DNA from: Eledone cirrhosa
Taxonomy: Eukaryota
NCBI GenBank assembly: GCA_964016885.1
Contig: OZ024746.1
Location: 22,258,001-22,322,000, forward strand
Direction of reading: 5' to 3'
DNA length: 64,000 nucleotides
Shown: positions 1-12,096 of the stretch, in pieces
Layout: each line of letters starts with the position of its first letter
Position numbering within the stretch: position 1 is the first letter of the stretch
The notes under the pieces: model-generated
Told to the model about the DNA's origin: nothing
Databases searched by the model: none
The model's input: only the letters and a program-made list of their open reading frames with translations
Program-made: the position numbers and the translations under genes

Positions 1-86
1 TATCCTTCCTCAGACTCAACATACCTTAAAAAAAATTTTCCTTTCAATCAAAATATAAATCTATTCAATTTTCAAATATATTCTGA

Positions 87-215
87 TTTATTTAAATGAC
101 AAGTGGATAAAACTGCACAGCTATATCACCTAGACTGAACTGTAGAGTCTGCCATTTCCTCTTTCTTTTTCTATTTTTTATATGCAAACATTATATAATT
201 CAACAGAAATTTATT
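87..215 (-). terminator. Candidate polyadenylation signals of the NUDT8-like gene
   Basis: Minus-strand AATAAA at 210-215 and 87-92, downstream of the stop. The AT-rich background lowers specificity. Confidence 0.4.
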
Positions 216-335
216 AAATATCATAAATAAGTCTAACTACAAATGGCACAGTATTCAAATTAAAATGATAACTATTAAAGTTACCTCCCCTGAAAAATTC
301 ACAGCCAAGAAATTTCTCAAACCAAATTTGGGTAA

Positions 336-563
336 TTACTTTATCTTTACGATATATCTTTGGTGTTTAATTTTAAAACGATGCAAATCTGGCGCTAGTA
401 ATGATAGAAAATGGAAAATAACAGCAGCTGTTAATCCCCAAATTCGATGAGAATTACTTAAATATACTGGCACTGTATAACCTTTGCCAATTTGCATCTG
501 AGTTGTCCGTTGTTTTTTTGGGTCACAGAGCTCTTTGATTGTCAGAGAGAAGATCTTCTCTAC
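336..563 (-). CDS. NUDT8: NUDT8-like last coding exon
   Basis: Acceptor TTTTCTCACAG| at 564. VEKIFSLTIKELCDP...YTVPVYL...HRIWGLTAAV contains the IWGLTA motif; stop TAA at 336-338. Joined CDS is 449+133+81+228 = 891 nt. Confidence 0.92.
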   Translation of the reverse strand, partial: VEKIFSLTIKELCDPKKQRTTQMQIGKGYTVPVYLSNSHRIWGLTAAVIFHFLSLLAPDLHRFKIKHQRYIVKIK

Positions 564-714
564 CTGTGAGAAAATAGAAAAGGAAAACATTTACACCTTA
601 ATAAAAAAACACCTTCATTTATTTTGTATAGTAAGGTGGTTGGTGATAGGAAGGGCATCCAGTGGCCTTGTTAGCAGGGAAAACATGTTAAATTATTATT
701 ATTATTATTATTAT

Positions 715-950
715 AGGGCGATGGATTGGCAGTATCGATTAGAGGGTCGGACGCCATGCTTTGCAGCATAGAGTTACCGCCTTTTATGATCTAAATTCAA
801 ATCTCGCTGAGGTTAACTTTGCCTTTCCTCCTTACAGGGTCGATAAAATAAAATACCAGTCACGCACTGGGATCGATTTAATTGACTTTCCCCTCCCCCA
901 AAATTGCTGGCGTTGTGCTTATATAAGAAACCATTATTATTACTATTATA
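715..950 (+). mobile_element. tRNA-derived Nin/Deu-domain SINE (family A, long variant)
   Basis: A box TGGCAGTATCG, B-box-like TTCAAATC, core CTTTGCCTTTC(A/C)TCCTTACxGGGTCGATAAAATAAAxTACCAG, (ATT)n tail. More than 20 copies in the window. Confidence 0.85.
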
Positions 951-1156
951 GGGCAGTAGTTTGGCAGTATCGGTAGAGCATCAGACACTATGCTTTGCAT
1001 TTTATCGTGGCACCAGCACTCGAGAGGTTGTCACGTCTTTGACACAACTAAAGGGTCCTCACAACCCTTTGTTTGGCAAGCTTTCTACAGCTGGATACTC
1101 TTCCTATCATCAACCAATTTACAGCATGTAGAAAAAATTTACAAAAAACAACTTAC

Positions 1157-1237
1157 TTCTTTGGGATTTATCTGTAAAGAATTCATGTCAATATTTCCAC
1201 AAAAGCCAATAACTGGGGTTATTTCGCTAGTTGCAGC
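1157..1237 (-). CDS. NUDT8: NUDT8-like third coding exon (81 bp, absent from ORF track)
   Basis: TTTTAATAG|...|GTAAGT, phase 0/0. Translates AATSEITPVIGFCGNIDMNSLQINPKE, the TPVxG...NPxE segment of CoA Nudix enzymes. Confidence 0.9.
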
Positions 1238-1789
1238 CTATTAAAATATAAATAAATATATATCAGGTTGTAACGAAAGTATTGTCTGTTATTAAGGCTC
1301 AATAAACACAATATCAGACTTATTTAATTGTTAATGTAGTCACCATTTTCCTCTATGACCTCTCTCCATCTGTCAATAGGCTTTTTAATGGTGCATGCAT
1401 AAAATTCTCTAGATTTTGAACTAAAAAAAGAAACTAACTCATTTTTCAAATTCTTCTCTTGGATGATGATGGTGATGATGACAGTGATAATAATGATGAT
1501 GATGATGGTGGTGGTGGTGGTATTTATGATAATGGTGATGATGATGACAAGAATGACGATGATGACAAACTAAGAGTCACTTACAGAGATTACCTTTTAA
1601 GGAAGTGAAAATTAGAAATAAAAGGAAATGGTTGATAAAAGTGTATTATACAAATAGGAGAAAAGATAGGTAAATATAGGTGGCTTCACTATAGGGTAAA
1701 TTTCGCAAATGTGAAAAATATATTTAAGAAAATTAACTAGAAAACATTAGCTTCTATAAATACCCAAACTATCCTATCTTATCCATTGC

Positions 1790-2100
1790 TCTTTGGCAAG
1801 ACAACAACTTCACACCAACAGTTTCTGTTTCCTATCAAGGTTTGTAGGTCATCCCTGTCAATTCCAGTGTCTCTTGCTAAGGTATCCTGGTATCTGAGCT
1901 TTCTGGTAGAAGAGATCTCCCACAACACAAAAGGTCTGAAACCATCTCATCTTTTCTGCGGAAACAATGACCAGCAAAACTTGTACAATGTTCAATCAGT
2001 TGTGCACTTACTTTGGGGATTTTTTCCATATATCTGACTAAGCATGGGATAGGTCTGCCAAGTAATATTTTCAGCCTCTCATAGACCTGGCAAATCATGT
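1790..2100 (-). mobile_element. Decayed RTE-clade LINE C-terminal fragment
   Basis: Frameshifted translation FAGHCFRRKDEMVSDLL...YQDTLARDTGIDRDDLQTL.NRNCW resembles RTE ORF C-termini. Confidence 0.55.
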
Positions 2101-2134
2101 GTAATATTGACCTAAACTAAGCCCATAACTTTAA

Positions 2135-2354
2135 CCCTTGAGTATTCATATTACTCTATATATACTATTGTATTTTTGCTGTAAAGGCTTTTTCTTACAT
2201 AATATTTCACATATTATCGAATCGTTGAGATTTTGATATTATTTATTTTGAGAACAATACCTTAACGTAAGTATGAGTGGCCAGTTACGGCCAGTTTGAA
2301 CAAAAAGAGGTGAGAGAATTCTGGCGAGATACGGCCGGTTTAAATGCTAAAGGG
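2135..2354. mobile_element. piggyBac-type MITE
   Basis: TTAA|CCCTT...AAGGG|TTAA. Homologous to 40744-40964 and 46714-46918. Confidence 0.8.
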
Positions 2355-2720
2355 TTAAACAAACAATATTTAAATTTAAAAAAAAGGAAAGGGGCAAGAG
2401 AAGGGACAAACTTTACATTCTTGGCTGAATGGTATATCTCAGTTGTTCCCCACAAACATGATAGTGAAAGTATTGCCACAGAGAACAACCAACAACACCC
2501 ACTGCATCAGCCATTCCATCTTATGAGACTACTTCTGCAAGCAAGATACATTCCTCCCAATTTTGTGGGTGGAAAAAACAGTAGTCTGGCGACTGAGGAG
2601 GCCCTGATAGGATCTGGTACAAGGAGGCAATTCATCAAATCTGTATGTTACTCCCCCAAGAAAAACAATACAATGTCAACTTAAATGAGAAGTTATTTGT
2701 ATCAGTGAAATCCAATATAC

Positions 2721-2853
2721 CCGGTTTGGAAGAGACTGCATGGAACCCCACACATCAACCAGTTTGGGATCAAGGCCAATTTCTTCATGGGTTTCTCGAA
2801 GAGCTGTCACAGTTACATCAGCATCATTTTCATCCATCATTCCTCCAGGAAAA
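2721..2853 (-). CDS. NUDT8: NUDT8-like second coding exon (Nudix box)
   Basis: Acceptor TTTTCTAG| at 2854; AG+T rebuilds Ser of GEVSFPGG. Encodes FPGGMMDENDADVTVTALRETHEEIGLDPKLVDVWGSMQSLPNR. Donor |GTATAT at 2720. Confidence 0.93.
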
Positions 2854-2865
2854 CTAGAAAATGGA

Positions 2866-3202
2866 ATAATAATAATAATTGTTTCTACTTTTGGCACAAG
2901 GCCAGCAATTACTGGTACTTTCTTTTATCGAGCCCGTAAGGATGAAAGGCAAAGTTAACCTCAGCGGGATTTGAAAATAATAATAATTGTTTCTACTTTA
3001 GGTACAAGGCCAGCAATTTGAAGGGGAAGAGGAAAGTCGATTAAATCGACCCCAGTGTATTACTGGTACTTTATTTTATCGACCTTGTAAGGATGAAAGG
3101 CAAAGTTAACATTGGCAGCATTTGAATTCAGATCGTAAAGGGCCGTAACTCTAACCTGTTAAACATGGCATCAGACACTCTATCGATACTGCCAAACTGC
3201 CA
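2866..3202 (-). mobile_element. Two tandem family A SINEs (short and long variants)
   Basis: Reverse complement of the family A core twice, with AAT-rich tails. Confidence 0.85.
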
Positions 3203-3252
3203 TAATAATAACAATAATAATAATAATTTCTTTAATAATAATAATAATAATG

Positions 3253-3822
3253 CTTTCTTTATTAACCACAAGGGTTTACACAAAGTAGACATTAAGGACA
3301 GTACAGGACAATACAGGACGGTACAAACGGGCATTTCTGCGTGTAAAAAAAAAACAAAAAAACAGAGGATGTAATAAAAGAACAATGAAAAATTCCCCAA
3401 TAGGGGGGGAGACTTCCGAGGGCCATCGTGCAGAAAGCCCATTAAAAAAAACCACGGTGACCTTGACCAACACGACAAATGTCCTCTCCCAGTTTTCTAC
3501 CTTCAATTTACAGACATATACTCAGAGTAGGTCCATTCACTTGGGCCATTCTTGCCTCTCTCACCCATCTTTCAACAAAAAGCTGGGAAGAGAGCACACC
3601 TCTCTGAAATTGGAAAAAGGTATTCAGGGCATCACCGAAGAGGTAAGTGCTCGCGTCTTCAGCCCTTTCAGACGCATCCACCATACCATCTCTTTCGCCA
3701 TGGCCACCAGACAGACAAAAACTTCCTGCCCTTCCCGGCTAAAGGAAGAGGGCGGGGCAATCCTCACGATGGACTCAGCTGATAGTCGGATGTGTTCGAC
3801 ATAAACCCACAAGTCAGCAAAA
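3253..3822 (-). mobile_element. L1/Tx1-clade LINE 3' fragment
   Basis: GC-richer segment translating LWVYVEH...VCLVAMAKEMVWWMRLKGLK...FVERW, followed by a 3' UTR and a (TTA)n tail. Confidence 0.6.
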
Positions 3823-4282
3823 TAATAATAATAATAATTGTTTCTACTTTTGGCACAAGGCTAGCAATTACCCAGTGCATTACTGGTACTTTATTTTATC
3901 GACCCTGTAAGGATGAAAGGCAAAGTTAACCTAATAATAATAATAATAATAATAGGATCTGTGGAGACAGAGAGGAAACTGTGGCTCACATCGTATCCGA
4001 ATGTAAACACCTAGCCCAGATTCACTATAAAGGGTGGAGGGATGATATAATAGGAAAGTTGATTCACTGGCATTTATGCCAACTAAATATATATATATCA
4101 TCATCATCACCATCATTTAAAGTCCATTTTCCACATTAGCATGGGTAGGACAGGCTGACTTTTTGGGAGAGAATCAGGTCAGAGGACTGAATTCTGCTCT
4201 CCAAGGCTGATTTTGGCTTCGTTTCTAGAGCTGGATGCCTTTCCTAATGCCAACCACCTTTACAGTGTGGACTGGGTGCTTT

Positions 4283-4639
4283 TATATATATAGATATACA
4301 TATACATACATATAGATATACATATATATATATAGATATACATATATATAAATATACATATACATAAATATACATATATATAGATATACATATACATATA
4401 TATAGATATACATATATATATAGATATACATATAAATATATATAGATATACATATAAATATATATATATATACATATAAATATATATATATATACATATA
4501 AATATATATATATATATACATATAGATATATATATATATATACATATAGATATACATATAAATATATATATATATACATATATATACATATAGATATACA
4601 TATAAATATATATATATATACATATAGATATACATATAA

Positions 4640-4670
<31 letters not shown>

Positions 4671-4748
4671 GTATGGTTGCTATGACGGCAGTATGACGGT
4701 TGTACATAATAAATTGTGTTCCGATGCATCACTGATTCTTCGTTTTCC

Positions 4749-4790
<42 letters not shown>
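4283..4790. repeat. Compound (TA)n/(TATACA/TAGA) microsatellite in a NUDT8 intron, with an ~85 bp unique insert at 4671-4752
   Basis: Visible directly. It produces the Y/I-rich ORFs. Confidence 0.95.
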
Positions 4791-4795
<5 letters not shown>

Positions 4796-4919
4796 CATTT
4801 TTTATCATTAACATTAATACAAAAAATAATAATTTTTTTTTTAGAGAAGGGCTTCAAATTTCACTTAGCTTAGGGCTTCAGCAAGTGAAAGTTCAGCCCT
4901 GTGTTGTATTAGTACTTAC

Positions 4920-5368
4920 CTGACTTCTCCGCGATGATTCCGTAAATGAATTGACCGAAGTGTAAGCAACAACGACAACTCTCCATCAACCATACACATG
5001 GGTACTAAAATTGCTGCCTTTTTATAACTCTTTTTTAATGGAATATGACGCATTGCTTCTATCATTGGTAGATTTTTCTGTACCCGTTGTTTGTTAGCTG
5101 GAGAGATAAGTTCATTGAATTTACAGGATGAGCCAGATAAAAATCGAAGTTGACAGTGTTCAAAACTTTGAAGCTTTTGAAGTTTGGAATGGAACCAATG
5201 TAAGTTTGAGGAAGTTTTGTGTGTAGTAATCTTGAAAGAGGCATTATTTCTTCCTACAGCTGTATGATAACTCTGGCAATTGTTTGTGATATGTCGGCAA
5301 TGGAACTGTTTCAGTCTTCTGCTATACTGTAGGTTTAACAAAAGATATCTTGAGCAATGAACTTTCAT
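4920..5368 (-). CDS. NUDT8: NUDT8-like Nudix CoA diphosphatase, first coding exon (basic presequence plus NuCoA motif)
   Basis: MKVHCSR...KKAAILVPMCMVDGELSLLLTLRSIHLRNHRGEV matches the LLTxRSxxLRxHxGEVSFPGG motif of NUDT7/8. Donor CAG|GTAAGT at 4920/4919 (phase 2). Upstream acceptor TTCTAG at 5391. Confidence 0.9.
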
Positions 5369-6231
5369 TACTGTTATAAGAGGTGAAAATCTAGAAGTAG
5401 ATAAAGGATAAATTTTTTGTCAGTTTTATTTTTTCAAAGAAAATTTTGTTATGGTAAGGCAGCAAATTGGCAGAGGTGTTAGATACAATGGCTTGTGAAT
5501 ATTTGTTCCAGTTCTCTGTGCACTGAGTTCAAAATCTGCCATAGTCAACTTTGCCTTTCATATTTTTGAAGTAAATTTAAAAAGTACCAGTTCAATATTG
5601 GAGTCAATTCTTGCCCTATATCCCTTTCTCACTTCCTCTCTATCACACTCTCTTCTCTGCTTCTCTGGAAGAAATCGGCTGTGTTCAAATCTGGAGAGGA
5701 GAGGGGATGGGCTCTGCCAGGTTTAACATACCCAAGACATTCCTTATGTCATACTCCTTGTGAGGTGTTACCAATTGACACACTTAGTGTTGTTTTTTGA
5801 CGGCAATGGCATGTGTGTTTATAATTTCAAGCTATCTATATTGTCAGTATATTTGTTTAGGGGGAAAAATGTGAACTTTGGTTTTATGTACATCGTTTAT
5901 TTCGATATAATAAAACAGTCTCGGGATTTTGATATCTAGGAGCATAAAAAAAAATGAGTAAGACTCATTTATTATTTTTATTGACCCTAAAAGAATGGTT
6001 TCTGGTTTAGGGACAAGACCAACGATTTTGGGAGAGGAGAAAGTCGATTAAATCAATCACAGTGCGTTACTGGTAATTGATCATAGCAAGATTCGAACTG
6101 AAAATGTAAAGGGAGATAAGTCACCGATTATAGCAGGGAGGGATAAGACCAAACAGCTTGTGGAGTGAATAGACGATTATAGCTACACTAGTACTTCATC
6201 GATCCTTAATTTATCAACATTAAATGTATGA

Positions 6232-6410
6232 TTGGCAGTATCAGTAGAGGGTCGGCCGCCATGCTTTGCAGCATAGAGTTACGGCCCTTTATGATCTGAG
6301 TTCAAATCCCGCCGAGGTTAACTTTGTCTTTCACCCTTACGGAGTTAATAAAATGAAGTACCAGTAATGTACTAGGTAATTGCTGGCCTTGTGCCAAAAG
6401 TAGAAACAAT
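6232..6410 (+). mobile_element. Family A SINE, short variant
   Basis: TGGCAGTATCAG...GAGTTCAAATCCCGCCGAGG...GTACCAG...GCTGGCCTTGTGCCAAAAGTAGAAACAATT. Confidence 0.85.
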
Positions 6411-7559
6411 TAAATGTATGAAAGCTAACAGTAAGTTATAGCTTCTCCAATATAAAAGGAAACGGTGTTATAGCTACTCGAGTATGAAAGCGAACAGTCA
6501 ATTATATCTTACTCCAGTACATAACTGGTCCTTATTATATTGATTCCGAAAGTGTGAAATGGAGAAGTCAATTATAGCTACTTCAGTATTTGACAGATGA
6601 AAGGTAAAACCTACTCCATCACCATTAGAAACTTGATATATGAAAGGGACATAACTCCTTAACACAAGAAACTGACATTCATGCACTAGTTTGACTTGTC
6701 CACCTTATAATAGTTTCTGTATTTTGCCCAAGATCCCGAAATATTAGCCGCCCCTCCCTTCTAACTTCTTAACACTTGTGTACAATAACAGACAAACGAT
6801 GTTAGGATTCCATACGAAATGTAAATAACAAAACACAACATACAATAGCAGTAGCACTAACTGCGAGGTTCATAATAGAGGTGTATATGAAAGCTGTACG
6901 ATATGTATGTGTATAATAAACACAAGAGTCTCGCTATGAATAATTGAAACTGTAATCATCTCAACAGCCGTGTGAGTATGTTAGACACGTACCTCTGGAT
7001 TTTTAGCCGTTTCATCGGTGACATTTGCTCACTCGATAATCTTGAAGTTTTTCTTCGAAATTGAGCATTATTTCGTTAGCAGCGTTTATTATTTTGAAGT
7101 TTTCTTAATATTTCTTCACTGTTTGGATCCAGACAACATAATGCTAGATTTACACATGCCTGTTTCCTCTATTCACCTCTTTTGTTACCAATGAGAATCT
7201 TTTTTTCGGGTAGAATCGGTTTCCATTACGCTTGTTTACGTTCGTTTAGGAATCTCTTCATAGTTTTTAGCATTAATTATTTTTATCTAAAATAAAGTAC
7301 CAGTAATGCACTGGGTTATTGCTGGCCTTGTGCCTAAATTAGAAACAATTAATTATTTTTATCCTTGTGTTTCCATTTGTTTGTGTATCGTTTGTTGTTT
7401 TTTTTAGTTTGATAAGTGATATTGTTTTTTTTTTTTGTTTTCTCAAAATATAAAACACTCCCAAAAACCCCCAGAGTTCTTATATTTTTATTGCATTCAC
7501 AATCTTATGTAAATTATTAGACATTGTATCACGTTTTGTAATAAGCATTGTTAACTTAC

Positions 7560-7625
7560 CAGATCTTGCTGTAAACAGTTCGTAAACGATGTCTCCGGCT
7601 GTGTTTTATATTCTCACGTCTTGCA
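7560..7625 (-). promoter_or_regulatory. Candidate non-coding first exon / promoter region of the NUDT8-like gene
   Basis: Strong donor CTG|GTAAGT at 7560/7559 in a repeat-poor, relatively CpG-containing stretch. A second donor GAG|GTACGT lies at 6993/6992. Confidence 0.35.
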
Positions 7626-8206
7626 CACGTGTATATATATATCAGTATATTTATACTTTAATATTGTACAGAATAATTTATTAATGAAGTATAATTATCC
7701 TTTTGTATCCTGCTATGTATTAAATTTTAGAATAGGGAACATATATAATCAAATATACTCCGAAACTAAACCTTGACAACTCAACATAAAGACATACGAA
7801 AATAAACAGAAGTCACCTCTGGTTTGACCACTGAATGTATATCTTGATAAGAACTCTGAAATTGGACTTGATTTAAATTATAAACAGATTGGTAAACAGT
7901 GTCATATTACGTCCTCTGACAATTATAGTTGATTAAATATAAAAAAGGTAGTCATACCGCATTGTCTTTAACCAGGTGAAGGCCATTCTATTTCTCTCTG
8001 TCTATAAGAATGCTGATGTATGTATGGGCGCTCTTCAGCGCTGCTGGTACAACATGTGCATGGACAGGTTGTCAGCAACTAAACCGGCAACCCCGTCAAG
8101 CTTGCTTAAGAGCATCCTCTTTTCCAAACTGGATTAACTCAAATTTATCCTTGTTTAGTACTAATATTTTCTCCACAGTCTTAATACTACAATATAATAA
8201 TAATAA

Positions 8207-8594
8207 TGTCATACTTTGGGAGAGTTATGCTGCCAATAAAAACACACGCACCTGATTGTTTTCACTTCAATTTATTATAAATTTCCAGTTGGTAGGTTCG
8301 ATAACCGGGTAGTTGTTTATATATTGTCAAAGCTCTTTCGTCACACATTCTGTGACCTCCTCAGTGACTGGGTTTTTATTTTGTGTCTCTCCTTTGTTCT
8401 GTCCTACACCATCTTGTTTTTGTGTGTTGTGTTACAGAGGAGGTCACAGAATGTGTAACGAAAGAGCTTTGACAATATATAGCAACCATCCAGTTATCGA
8501 ACCAACCAGCTAACCAGAAAATTATAATAAATTGAAGTGAAAACAAACAGGTTCTGTGTTTTTATTGGCAGCATGATCCTCCCAAAGTATAACA
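8207..8594. mobile_element. MITE-like element with ~165 bp imperfect terminal inverted repeats
   Basis: 8207-~8370 is the reverse complement of ~8431-8594 (e.g. GTCAAAGCTCTTTCGT/ACGAAAGAGCTTTGAC). TSD not resolved. Confidence 0.7.
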
Positions 8595-8654
8595 ATATCT
8601 GTTTCAACACACGTTTTCAGATAAGAAATCTCGCAAAACAAATTCAAAAACGAA

Positions 8655-9113
8655 ATAATAATAATGGTTTTTGGTTTAGGCACAAGGGCAACAATTTCAC
8701 GGGAGAGGAAAGTTGATTAAATCAATGCCAGTTCATTACCAGTATTTTATTTTATCGACCCCATAAGAATAAAAGGCAAAGCTAACCTCGGCGAGATTTG
8801 AACTCAGAACGTAAAGGGACGTAATTATATGCCACAAAGCATCTTGTCCGATTCTGCCAATACTGCCTGAACTATTTATATATAATAGCGGGGGGGGGGT
8901 ATGCGTATATAATATGGGGGGAGAGATATATATACTTGTTTCTACTTTTGGCACAAGGCCACCAATTATCCCAGTACATTACTGCTATTTATTTTATCGA
9001 CCCCCGTAAGGATGAAAGGTAAAGTTAACCTAGGCAGGATTTGAACTCAGACCATAAAGGGCCGTAACTCTGTGCTGCAAAGCATGGCGGCTGACCCTCT
9101 ACCAATACTGCCA
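8655..9113 (-). mobile_element. Two family A SINEs (8655-8870, 8935-9113)
   Basis: Reverse complement of the family A consensus. Confidence 0.8.
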
Positions 9114-9119
9114 ATAATA

Positions 9120-11935
9120 TGGGAGGGTGTATATAATACAGGAGGTGTGTATGTATATATAATATGGGGGGGTGTATAATAGAGGAGGTGTGTATGTATA
9201 TATAATATGGGGGGTGTATATAATACAGGGGGGTGTATGTATGTATAATATAGGGGGTGTATATAATATAGTGTAGAATATATATATAAGGGTGTATATA
9301 TATATATATGAGGGTGTGTGTATATATGAGGGTGTGTATATATATGAGGTTGTGTCTATATATATGATGGTGTGTATATATATATGAGGGTGTGTGTATA
9401 TATATGAGGGTGTGTATATATATGAGGGTGTGTATATATATATATGAGGATGTATATATATATATATATATGAGGGTGTGTGTATATATATGAGGATGTG
9501 TATATATATGAGGGTGTGTATATATATATGAGGATGTGTGTATATATATGAGGGTGTGTATATATATGAGGGTGTGTATATATATATATGAGGGTGTGTA
9601 TATATATGAGGGTGTGTGTATATATATGAGGGTGTGTATATATATGAGGGTGTGTATATATATGAGGGTGTGTATATATATATGAGGGTGTGTGTATATA
9701 TATGGGTGTGTATATATATGAGGATGTGTGTACATATATGAGGGTGTGTATATATATGAGGGTGTGTATATATATATGAGGGTGTGTATATATATGAGGG
9801 TGTGTGTATATATATGAGGGTGTGTATATATATATATGAGGGTGTGTATATATATGAGGGTGTGTGTATATATGAGGGTGTGTATATATGGGGGGGTATA
9901 TATATGAGGGTGTGTATATATGGGGGGTATATATATGAGGGTGTGTATATATATGAGGGTGTGTATATATATGAGGGTGTGTATATATATATGAGGGTGT
10001 GTATATATATGAGGGTGTGTATATATATATGAGGGTGTGTGTATATATATGGGTGTGTATATATATGAGGATGTGTGTACATATATGAGGGTGTGTATAT
10101 ATATGAGGGTGTGTATATATATATGAGGGTGTGTATATATATGAGGGTGTGTGTATATATATGAGGGTGTGTATATATATATATGAGGGTGTGTATATAT
10201 ATATGAGGGTGTGTGTATATATATGGGTGTGTATATATATGAGGATGTGTGTACATATATGAGGGTGTGTATATATATGAGGGTGTGTATATATATATGA
10301 GGGTGTGTATATATATGAGGGTTTGTGTATATATATGAGGGTGTGTATATATATATATGAGGGTGTGTATATATATGAGGGTGTGTGTATATATGAGGGT
10401 GTGTATATATGGGGGGGTATATATATGAGGGTGTGTATATATGGGGGGTATATATATGAGGGTGTGTATATATATGAGGGTGTGTATATATATGAGGGTG
10501 TGTATATATATATGAGGGTGTGTATATATATGAGGGTGTGTATATATATATGAGGGTGTGTGTATATATATGGGTGTGTATATATATGAGGATGTGTGTA
10601 CATATATGAGGGTGTGTATATATATGAGGGTGTGTATATATATATGAGGGTGTGTATATATATGAGGGTGTGTGTATATATATGAGGGTGTGTATATATA
10701 TGAGGGTGTGTATATATATATGAGGGTGTGTGTATATATATGGGTGTGTATATATATGAGGATGTGTGTACATATATGAGGGTGTGTATATATATGAGGT
10801 TGTGTATATATATGAGGGTGTGTATATATATGAGGGTGTGTGTATATATATGAGGGTGTGTATATATATATATGAGGGTGTGTATATATATGAGGGTGTG
10901 TATATATATATGAGGGTGTGTGTATATATATGGGTGTGTATATATATGAGGATGTGTGTACATATATGAGGGTGTGTATATATATGAGGTTGTGTGTATA
11001 TATATGAGGGTGTGTATATATATGAGGGTGTGTGTATATATATGAGGGTGTGTATATATATATATATGAGGGTGTGTATATATATGGGGGTGTGTGTATA
11101 TATGAGGGTGTGTATATATGGGGGGGTATACATATGAGGGTGTGTATATATGGGGGGTATATATATGAGGGTGTGTGTATATATGAGGGTGTGTATATAT
11201 ATGAGGGTGTGTATATATATATGAGGGTGTGTATATATATGAGGGTGTGTATATATATATGAGGGTGTGTATATATATATATGAGGGTGTGTATATATAT
11301 GGGGGTGTGTATATATATGAGGGTGTGTATATATATGAGGGTGTGTATATATATATGAGGGTGTGTGTATATATATGGGTGTGTATATATATGAGGATGT
11401 GTGTACATATATGAGGGTGTGTATATATATGAGGTTGTGTGTATATATATGAGGGTGTGTATATATATATGAAGGTGTGTATATATATGAGGGTGTGTGT
11501 ATATATATGAGGGTGTGTGTATATATATGGGTGTGTATATACATGAGGATGTGTGTACATATATGAGGGTGTGTATATATATGAGGTTGTGTGTATATAT
11601 ATGAGGGCGTATATATATATATGAGGGTGTGTATATATATGAGGGTGTGTATATATATGAGGGTGTGTATATATATATATGAGGGTGTGTATATATATGA
11701 GGGTGTGTATATATATGAGGGTGTGTATATATATATATGAGGGTGTGTATATATATGAGGGTGTGTATATATATGAGGGTGTGTATATATATATGAGGGT
11801 GTGTATATATATATGAGGGTGTATATATATATGAGGGTGTGTATATATATGAGGGTGTGTATATATATATATGAGGGTGTGTATATATATATATGAGGGT
11901 GTGTATATATATGGGGGTGTATATAATATGGGGAC
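9120..11935. repeat. 2.8 kb minisatellite, unit GAGGGTGTGT(AT)4-6 (~18-24 bp)
   Basis: Visible directly. Source of the 839-980 aa H/I/Y/T/P ORFs. Confidence 0.97.
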
Positions 11936-12096
11936 TGGGTGTATGTATATGAAAAGAATGGTAGAGTAAGGAATGAATTGATGTAGCAGATGGGAAGGTA
12001 TCAGCAGGTGCAACTAATGAGCGTCCAAACATTCCTGACATGACTTGCTGGTTCTAGTAGACAGTTGATAGCATATATATCAGACACACATGTATA

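Noticed and set aside
2277-2684. 135 aa plus-strand ORF antisense to NUDT8
   Set aside because: Starts at GTG inside a piggyBac-type MITE and has no recognisable motif.
3385-3804. 139 aa plus-strand ORF
   Set aside because: Antisense shadow of the Tx1-like LINE fragment.
9025-12041. 839-980 aa ORFs
   Set aside because: Stop-free reading of a minisatellite in all three minus frames; no protein-like content.
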